Source: the human T2T-CHM13v2.0 reference genome, Homo sapiens. From it: a DNA stretch of 64,000 bases. The notes below the pieces were generated by a model. That model ran no database searches and was not told where the DNA came from. It saw nothing but the letters and a program-made list of their open reading frames with translations. The number at the start of each line of letters is the position of its first letter. The first letter of the stretch is position 1. Shown here one piece after another: positions 55,201 through 64,000 of the stretch. Location: the NCBI RefSeq assembly GCF_009914755.1, contig NC_060942.1; one strand, written 5' to 3'. The position numbers and the translations under genes are program-made.

Positions 55201-57289
55201 CATGTATGAGATTCAAAAGCCAGCTCTCAAAATTGCAATTCTGGTTCTGCCATTCTGGTTCTGCCATCACAGATGTTCCCAAAGAAGAGAAGGGAGCCAT
55301 CCAGAGAGGCCAGTGTTTACACCGACTACATTCCAATGATTTACTTTAAAATGTACACGATGGGAAATTACAAAATCAAAGACAACATTTAGACAAATAT
55401 ACAAGTTTGTAAGACCAGAGCCACAAATGGACCGAAGCTTACAGAAATACTAAGACAAACACAGTGTAGACATTTTCAGTTAATAACACTTAATGAGGTC
55501 TAGGTCTACAGCTGAGGGCCAATGATTGTAGAACTGAGAGATGCTTCTCAGCTTCTGTCTACTCCATTGGGAATGCTCTTTAGGAAGCGGGGAACATTTA
55601 CAGTGAACCTAAAAAGTGTCGATGCTGGGGTTAATGTTTTTTCCTGGCCATCACATTAATCCTCAGCAGGCTGTGAGGCAGAAATACCAGTATTTTAGAG
55701 ATGGTGAAACTCAGGCTGAAGGCAGTTAAGAACTTGTCTGAATTTGCAGTTACTGAGAGGCAAAACCAGGATCCAAATCTAAGTTTGTCTTGTAAAGTCT
55801 TTCCACTAAACCTCACCTCCTCGTTATACTGAAAAGATTTAAATGAGTATTGGTAGGTGGGAACATCTTTTGAAGAGATCATGAAAACACCCAACTGCTA
55901 AAATCTGTCACAATCCAGATAAATTACACCCAGGGCCCCTAAGATGAGATCAGTATGGCAACCTTTAAGGAATCATGGATAACAGGTGATGGAAAAACAT
56001 TTTCAAAAAGAACATGTAAGACCAGACTGGGAAGGGGCACACTCACTCTAACAGCCAGGGACCAAACTGCTTCTGCCTTTGCATCTCCAGGGTCCAGCCC
56101 AGTGCCTCGCATATGATGCTCAACACAAGTAGGCAACATGCTATCTTTACATACCTTAAGTAGATGCAGGATTAACCCTATTATAAATAGTTCCCAGGGG
56201 GAAAGAGCTCCAGTTACAAGAGGGTAAGCAAAAATGGAGACAGACTTCAAAGGGAGTGAGAGCTTTCCATTCTCTTTGCTGTAACAGTTCTCTGCCTCCG
56301 CCTAGGACTCAACCCTGCACCACAATCCTTACTATGTGCCAGCTCTACTACAATTGCACCCTAAGGCTTGCTAATCCTGAGAACAAAACACCACTAATAG
56401 CATTACTATGTGACAATGAATCCCACCTTCCAAATGACTTACAGATAACTACACAAAATAACCCATTAAGTTGGAAACTACATAAATTTGCATCATTTTC
56501 CCTCATCTTGTCTTTTTTTTCCTAACAAAATAGGGTGAATTTGTTAGTGTCAACCTCACTTGATGGCGACCTCTGTATTTTCTAACAATTCTAAATTAGT
56601 GATCAAGTTAATGGCCGGCAAATTACTTTACATTTAAACTTCCTAAATTTCTCTTCCTCAATCAGTGCCAATACAATGCAAATTAAGCACAAAAGCTAAC
56701 ATCAAGTTTGTAGCATTCTCTGTAAAAACAGAAAAAAGTCAATGATTTGTAAGTAATGAAAAGGTAGTAATGTTGACACTTAGCCTTGACCTTCCTCTTA
56801 CATTACAGATTCAGAGTAACCACATTTCAGAATTAACTCCCTAGGGTGTTGGAGGTAACTTGAAGACTCTAACACGATGGCTCCACTATGCAGAGGACTA
56901 CCAAATCCAGCCAGGTGTAGAGAGGCAGTGTTACTGACCAGGACCCAGCAGACAGGAGAGCTGCCGTGATAGGATTCTGCTGCCACCAAAAATATATAAA
57001 GGAAACAGGTGCCCTAACACACGTGTAAACCCAGTACCAGTGGCAGAAATAACACAAATACATTTCTCATGCAAAATAGGCTAAATGATAAATATTTGCA
57101 TCACATAGACTGCTGAAAATTAACCTTTCTTTTTGGGGGTTACCACCATGACTATGTGGTTTCAAAGGAGGTTAATATCACATGTTTAACTTCAACTCTG
57201 TAAAGCCAGGATGAAGCTAGCATACAAAATACATTTTGGTAGAAATCTAGGTATGTGGAAGGTTGCTATGAAAAAATGAAAAGAGGAAT

Positions 57290-59127
57290 GATAGAAGTAT
57301 ATTTTCTTTTATATACAAAAAATGAAGTCCCAAAATATGGTTTGTTGAAGTAGCTATTGACAAGATGTTAAAATTATTTTTCCTTTGCTTTGGTTAAAAC
57401 AGCCTAGGAACGGCAATCAGTTCCCCTTCTATAAGTAGCATAAAAACACAGTGACAGGACTACTTTTAGAACAGAATAAACAACTTTCAAGAAAAGAAAT
57501 TAATTTTAAGTAAAATTAAACATTTTACCAATAACTAAAATTTTTAAAAAGGTAGCATCTTCATCCTAACATCTTGGGCATAACACACACCAATTAAAAA
57601 ATCAAATTTCTTTCACAATAGAATTACAGGTGTTAATGCAACAAGCTATGAAGTGAAATTACTTTAATTTTTTTAAAAGAAATCCTAGCAATGAAAAATG
57701 AGTTTGAAAAATTGACATTTTCTACAATTCTACATTTTGAAAAATAATTGACTAATACTTTTTTACAGAACACAATTCAAACTATTGTTGGCATTTCAAT
57801 ATATTCCTAAAGATGGTTAAAAGAACATTTAGTATACCAAAACTGGAATAGAGTTTATAATTCTCATTTACGGCTATGAAAAGGCAATCAACTTCTATTT
57901 AAAACTGTAACCAGTGATGAAATATATTTCGAAAACATAAACATTTGGTCTGACAATCTTTAATATTTGTTAAAAACAGTCTGATGTTTGTTGCTGATGG
58001 AAGTTATTTTAATCCAATGTGCAAAAAAAGTGCAGCTGTCTACTTTTTACTTGAAATACGTAAGACCAACACTACTATTTACACACTTAAAAGATTTTAA
58101 ATTTATTAATTTAAGTAAGCATACTGCATCTCCTTTATGGATAAATCATGTGCCCCAGAGAGCCCCAAAGCTTGATGACATTCTGTAAAGTTACACAAAT
58201 GTATCTGAAGAAGTTATCTGTTCTTGTCCTAATTTTGATTCTAAATAAAAATCCAATTTCAAAATCAATTAAGATTTTAATCTAGGAAATCTTGGGATTG
58301 TTACACATGTAAAAAACCTTATCTCTGAGAGCCTTTTCTATTCTTCTTACCACAGGTCCACTCACAAATCGCAGCTGGTATGGACTGGTACTGCCCCAAA
58401 TAAGAGGAACCTAAGAGCTTGGCTCCAAGACCCCCCACCATCCCAGTGGGTTTGCTTGGCCTTTAGGACGTGTGACTACAGCTTTTGGGTAGGTACAGGG
58501 CAATCAAGATTGAGGAAGAACACTTCAGCAAAGCAACCATTATTTGTCCACAGAAACAGTGAAAAACAGTGATATAAAATTAACAAACCAAATATAAATC
58601 TAACGCCATTCTGCATTTCCAGAACTTTTTTTATATTTGTGCAGTGTTCTTGGTCAACCACTCACCAATTTTCTGCGTCTATCTGAAGTACTTTTAAAGT
58701 TATTAAAACTGCTCTTTTGACCATAAGTCACATAGAATTGTGATTAGGAAATCAATTTACTTATTACTCTGTGCAGGGCACTTGCTAGGGTGGTGAGTGT
58801 AAAGGAACTAAAAATGGAAGTCTCTCACTTCTAAACTGGACACAGGAGTTCTCAAATTAAAATAATAAAAAAAAAAAAAGGGAGAGAGGTGCTTACTGGC
58901 AACATTAATACTAGACACCAGACAAGACAGTGAAACGGTTTGGTCAGAACTGAGGAACACCATTTCCTTGAAAAGTCTTAAAAATAGCTAACCAAGCACT
59001 GCCTTAAGTCCAGTGAGTACAATGTTCCATACGTTTCCACAAAAATATTGTAACTGGCATTCACTCATTATGATCCACGTCATCTCAGTCTCCACTTTCC
59101 AGGCAAAGTGTCCCTGTCCCACCGCCT
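57290..59127 (-). other. ZBTB14: ZBTB14 3'UTR (approximate)
   Basis: Repeat-free AT-rich sequence downstream of the stop codon; candidate minus-strand signals AATAAA (58107-58102) and TATAAA (57313-57308). Confidence 0.55.
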
Positions 59128-60474
59128 CTAGCTACAGGCTATCGTCTCCAGCTGCTGTTCTGCTTCCGCAGCCATCGCTGCCGCCTGCAACTGTTCTGTC
59201 TCGCTCTGGATGGCACTGGGGGTAACCTGCTTCCTTTCACTGTGCATATTGTTCTCGTGCCTTTTCAGATCAGATGCCTTGGCAAATGCCTTGGTGCAGG
59301 AGCCACACACAAAAGGCTTTTCCCCTCTGTGTCTTCTTTCATGATCCTTGAGGTGAGACTTGTGTTTGAAGGCTTTGTCACACATGTGGCACGCAAACGG
59401 TCTTTCATTACTGTGAACTCTCTCATGCTTCTTTAAGTCTGGGGCACGGATAAATGATTTTCCACACACCTCACAGCTATAGGGCTTATATCCTGTGTGG
59501 ATTTTTAGGTGTTCTTTCAGGTGGGCCTGTGTGGTGAAACCTTTTGTGCACATTTCACAAACAAATGGCCTGTCCGCCGTGTGGAGTTTCTCATGCTTCC
59601 TCAATCTGCCTTCATCAGAAAACGTCTTCCCACACGCCTGGCAGGCAATCTGCTCCCGATGGTGACCATAAAGCAAATACTCAAACTTCATGTCACTGGC
59701 GGCTGTTGTCCAGCCTGGTGTCTGTTCATCTTTCACTTCACTCATCCCATCATTAAATGTTAAGGCTTGAGGGGTCTGGGACCCCAAGTCTTTTGATTCT
59801 GGGGTCTCCATGGATTCTACTTCCTGGCCGTAGCAATTGACCTTCCGAACTTCCTCACTCCCCAGCTCTTTCAGGATCGCTTCCTGAACCCTGAGCGTTG
59901 TGGTGGGCGACTTGCCGTCCTCCTGACTCGGGGGTGTGCCTTCTACTGTGTCATCAGAAGGACTGTCATCCTGATCCCCGATTTCCTCTACATCATCATC
60001 CTGGGTGTCAGCAGCATCTCCAATGGGGCGATTTATTTTAAGGCAATACTTACTTTTGGACTGACCATTGTTTTCATCGGGACTGGACACATCACGCTTC
60101 TGAGAACACAGTTTATCCAAAAATCGGATACCAAGAATCTGACCCGATGACATCATTAAGTTAACATCTTCTTTTTTCACGGAAATCTTTGCTGTGTACA
60201 TGTAGTTCAGGACCTCTTCAAATATATCAGAACGAAGAAAATCTATTTCTATGACCGAAGAACTATCAACCTCAAGCTTCTTGAAAAGCTTTTTAAAGTA
60301 GGTGCTGCAGGCAGCAAGAACACATCTGTGTGCTCTGAATTTCACATCCTCAACCACAATAGCAATATCACAAAATTCTCCTTCCAGGCGTTGTTCATTT
60401 AGTGTTTTCAGAAACAGAGTTTTATGATCATCGTCATTATATTTAATGGTTTCAGACATACTGATGAAAAACTC
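59128..60474 (-). CDS. ZBTB14: Zinc finger and BTB domain protein 14 (ZFP161/ZF5), main coding exon
   Basis: Intact ORF with BTB/POZ domain (LNEQRLEGEFCDIAIVVEDVKFRAHRCVLAACS), acidic linker and five C2H2 fingers. Acceptor ttttgtAG at 60476-60475 adds EFFIS before MSETIKY; with the upstream ATG exon this gives MEFFISMSET..., 449 aa. Confidence 0.98.
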   Translation of the reverse strand, partial: EFFISMSETIKYNDDDHKTLFLKTLNEQRLEGEFCDIAIVVEDVKFRAHRCVLAACSTYFKKLFKKLEVDSSSVIEIDFLRSDIFEEVLNYMYTAKISVKKEDVNLMMSSGQILGIRFLDKLCSQKRDVSSPDENNGQSKSKYCLKINRPIGDAADTQDDDVEEIGDQDDSPSDDTVEGTPPSQEDGKSPTTTLRVQEAILKELGSEEVRKVNCYGQEVESMETPESKDLGSQTPQALTFNDGMSEVKDEQTPGWTTAASDMKFEYLLYGHHREQIACQACGKTFSDEGRLRKHEKLHTADRPFVCEMCTKGFTTQAHLKEHLKIHTGYKPYSCEVCGKSFIRAPDLKKHERVHSNERPFACHMCDKAFKHKSHLKDHERRHRGEKPFVCGSCTKAFAKASDLKRHENNMHSERKQVTPSAIQSETEQLQAAAMAAEAEQQLETIACS

Positions 60475-61512
60475 CTACAAAAAAAAAAAAGTTTAGTAAT
60501 TATAAATAGTACTTTTCCATATAGAGAACACAGTCACATTTTCATTTCCTGGTCAATCTATGGAACCTAACAATTTCAGAAAGTCAATGTTAAGAGTGGT
60601 CTTTGAATATGGGTAGAAAAGACTGATCCCAACTCAAGGATCTCCATATTGTTACTCCTGTTCATCTTCAATTTACTAAGTATTTGCCTAGTTATATCCC
60701 AGGCATTGTTCTATGTGCTTTACATGTTTTAATTAATTTAATATTCAGGTAACCTCATGAGTACGTATCACTATCCTTATTTTAGAGACAAAGTTAGAAA
60801 TCTGCCCAATATTCTATAGCTATTTAGTGAAGAGCTGGGACTTAAATGCAGACAATCTGGCTGCAAAACCAGTGTTTCCTGACTAGAGATAATCAAATAA
60901 CTCAAACTCAAGTTTTAAGAAACAGGTTCAAGGGAACAATCCTCTAGTCCTCTCTGTTGCACCTACTCTTATTCCATCTACTCTATGGAGGATTCAGCAA
61001 AATAATTATGTTATACCTCCTTGACAGAAGGAACAAATTACTATTGCAGAACTAGAGAGGAACATTACTGCCAAAATATCCCATTGAGTGTTGTGTTCTA
61101 GATTTTCCACAGCACTTTTGGGCCACTTCTAAATGAAGGTCAAGGTTTAATCTGACCTTAAGAGAATGAGATGACATTTGGGAAGTGGCTTTGTTCTCTC
61201 TAGATGCCAATCTACCTGCATCCAGATAAAAGTGCCATCAACACCAGATGTACGTACTTGATAAGTGCTGAGAGTATTTTATAAGCAAAAATTTGGAACT
61301 GGCATGAAAGATCTCTGTCATCATGTTAAAAAACTGGTCATCTTAAAGCATTCTCTATGTTTCCTTTTTAAAAACATTGTTTTACTTTTATTCGGCTAAT
61401 ATTTTCCCCCAGACAAATAGAAGTGTTCATGCACAATCAGAATTGGTATATATATTTTAAAGCAAATGCCAAGTCATTTTCATCAAGATTTAATATCCAA
61501 AGTTATAGTTAC

Positions 61513-61596
61513 CATGAACAACTCAGGCTATTATCTTAATGCCTTGAACGCCAAAATCTTCAGATCAGAGTAACTCTGATCAGGAGCACGCCAGAC
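61513..61596 (-). CDS. ZBTB14: ZBTB14 84-nt exon: 5'UTR ending in the initiator ATG (61515-61513)
   Basis: Acceptor ctctgtAG at 61598-61597; exon ends ...TTC ATG | GTAACT (donor 61512-61511); joins in phase to GAG TTT TTC. Confidence 0.88.
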
Positions 61597-62241
61597 CTAC
61601 AGAGGAAAGGATAAACAAGAATGAGGTAGGATCTTCCTGTATCCCAAATCCTAAACCAAGAATTGATTTTTTAAAAATAAACTTTCTTGTTCCCTCTTTT
61701 GTGCATTTTCAGGTTGGGGAGAGTGGCAGGTAGGTAGCTGGTACATCAAGTGCAGTTCTGAACAGATATGGACTAGAACAGATAAGGGCTGTAGCACTCG
61801 GGCATAAAGGGGCTGTGCCCTAGGAACTGGAAGGAGGGGTTGGAGAACCATTAAGGGATTTCTCCTCACACACTAAGCTCATGTCCATATTTGTACAGAG
61901 ATTGATGGCTACACAGATATAGAAAAAAACAAGTGCACCGTGCCCCCTACACCTATCCCATTTCCCGCTGGGTATGTTAGCCCTCTACATTTTTCTCTCG
62001 GCTCATACAAACCTATAGAAGTATATACCTTTATAAATAAAGCTATAGAAGTACATAAACCCAACAGGTAACATGGGAGGAGAGGGAACAATGATTGCTT
62101 TTTCTTTCTGCACCTGTGTGATGTATTAATAGCATACACGTTTGTCTTTAAGATTGTATTTGAGAAATCCAGGTGTTTTTACCTCTATCCCTACAAGAAG
62201 GGTGAAAGAATTTTAGCTTTTTTGTGAGTTTTAACTCTTAC

Positions 62242-62271
62242 CGGAAGAACTCCATCCTGCAGACCCATATC
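62242..62271 (-). other. ZBTB14: ZBTB14 30-nt upstream microexon
   Basis: Acceptor ctttttgtttttcAG (62273-62272), exon GATATGGGTCTGCAGGATGGAGTTCTTCCG, donor GTAAGA (62241-62236). Confidence 0.75.
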
Positions 62272-62989
62272 CTGAAAAACAAAAAGTTTCCTCTACTGAA
62301 CAGTGACCACACAGATAAGTTGTTTGGTGTGGTAGGAGCAAAGGACTGGGCTGTAACAGTCTTACACAAAAACCATGGAACAAGACTCCAACCTGGAGAC
62401 CAACACCTTGAAACCCATAATAAGCTCCTTCTAAAGAAAAGTGAACACACCGAGCTGCCCAGCGTAGAAGCGGGATGTCTCATCTGAAGTTTGAGGTTAG
62501 GCAACATTTCCAAAAGATGATTCTGACTTGATCATTCTACGTGTTTCTGCCTCTCTATTCCCTAGAAGCACCCAGGCCTGTAATCATCCAGAGACTAGGC
62601 AGCCCAGCAAAAACCTTACACTGTGACACTTACTACTGTTGTCACTAACTCGTCCTAGGGCTTGTGGGATAAAAGTGCATGGGACCAGAGAGAGGAGTGG
62701 CCTTAGACTAGCTATGACAACATATCAATGTGTTGTTGTTGTTTTGGCTAGTGTGTACTTGGCCACTCGCCCCTCTCCCCTCTCTCTCTCAAGATGTATG
62801 AGACCTGGAAGAGAGACCATGTGTGTCCAAAGCCGCCTCCTCCCCGCCCCGCCCCCCTTGCCATTGAGATGTCCAATTGCTCAGTTCAGGTGAGTCAAAA
62901 CTGGAAGACAGCTGTTGCCAGCATCTGTGTAGGCAGGTGTAGGAAAAGACGTAGCCCCAACACCACCTTCATAATAAGGCTGCCCCTTC

Positions 62990-64000
62990 CTAATTGCTCT
63001 CCAAACTGCGGGCGCGCTAAGCCGCGTTACAGTGCAGGGAGCCGGGCTTCCCGCAAAGCCAAAAACTTACATAAGCAGCTGCAGCCGCCTCCCCTGCCCC
63101 GGGCAGCCCGACAATGGCGGCTGCACGACTTCCTTGTTGCAAGCTTGCAACTTCGGAGTCGGGAGGAAGCAGGGAGCCAAGCGCAGACCCAAGAAGCCCT
63201 CAAGGCGTATCGAGTCCTCCCTCTCAATTTCTTTGGGCCTGGGAGGTGGGGAGTGGAGGAGGCCGTTTGCACTCCTTCCCAGACAAAAGCTCCCAGCCTG
63301 GGAGCCAGGTGGTGAAAGGGCCACTTTCCCTTTCATAATCAGACGTCGAGCGCAGGCTTGGGACCGCGGCTCGGAGCGCGCAGGGAGGGACTGCGGCCCG
63401 CGGCGGCCCCGGCGGCGCGACGAGCGGGAGCGGGCGTGCGGCCGGCTCCGCAGCCCCGCGCCGCGCCGCGCCCCGCTCCGCCCGCGAGCCCGGAGCTCGC
63501 GCCCCGCGCACTCCCCGGCCAGCTCGCGCCGGGCCCTCCCCCGCCCTCCCGCGGCCGGGGGCGGGGGCGGCGCGCGGCCGGCTAACCCAAGCTCCGCGGG
63601 CGCACCCGGGAGTGCGTGCGCTGGGTCCCGGCCCCCTCCTCCGCCGGCGGCTGTAGGCGGCGCGGCGGGGCCCGCGGCTCGGAGGGGCGGCGCCCGGCGG
63701 GCCGCGCTCCGCGCTGGGTTCGGGCCGTCCCCACCCCCACCGCGGTGCACTGCGGCGGTGCGAGCGGGGGCGGCCATGAACTCGGCCGCCGAGGCTCTGC
63801 GAGCGCGCGCGCGGGGCCGCCGCCGCCTGGCCGCTCCCCGAGCCCGCTCGCCGGCCCGCGCGGCCCCCGGGGCGCCCCGGCCCCACGCCCAACCCTGGCC
63901 CACGCCCGTCCCCGCTCGCACCGCGCCGCGCCGCTGGCGGCCGCCGCACATCCTGGAGCTGGCTGGTGCCCCAGAGCTCGGCGAGAACGCGCGTCTTCCG
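62990..64000. promoter_or_regulatory. ZBTB14: ZBTB14 CpG island (first exon/intron 1 and promoter region)
   Basis: Very high GC and CpG content with many GC boxes; a possible weak minus-strand donor CG|GTGCGA at 63921. Confidence 0.9.

Noticed and set aside
56560-56580. Partial CTCF-like motif (minus strand ACAGAGGTCGCCA)
   Set aside because: The 5' half of the consensus is missing; cannot be supported without ChIP data.
63067-63951. Long ORFs of 294 and 241 aa (minus) and 173 aa (plus, 62794-63315)
   Set aside because: The two long ones are Arg/Ala/Gly/Pro-rich products of stop-poor CpG island DNA; none shows a recognisable domain.

Overview
Mammalian (human-type) genomic DNA, recognisable as the ZBTB14 (ZFP161/ZF5) locus, from memory chr18p11.3. 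The only intact protein-coding gene is ZBTB14 (minus strand; BTB domain plus 5 C2H2 fingers; 449 aa after splicing), with a CpG island at the right edge. A second CpG island (~5.95-7.1 kb) looks like a bidirectional promoter, probably of the lncRNAs LINC00526 (-) and LINC00667 (+). The main discovery is inside that island: a disrupted Ty3/gypsy (sushi-ichi)-type Gag-derived gene of the LDOC1/RTL8/RTL6 family at 6378-6762 (+), which keeps a strong Kozak ATG but has 4 stops and 2 frameshifts. The left 10 kb also holds an old TACC3 retrocopy (-) and an RPL41 retrocopy (-) abutting an L1. The ZBTB14 leader has a 30-nt microexon whose ATG is in frame with the CDS, suggesting a splicing-controlled uORF/N-terminus switch. 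The middle ~40 kb is mostly transposon-derived: a nested L1MA/L1PA/THE1 complex, a twin-primed young L1, solo LTRs, Alus, MIRs and DNA transposon relics. Repeat subfamily names, lncRNA names and reference protein comparisons come from memory and need database confirmation. No CRISPR array, tRNA or rRNA gene was seen.
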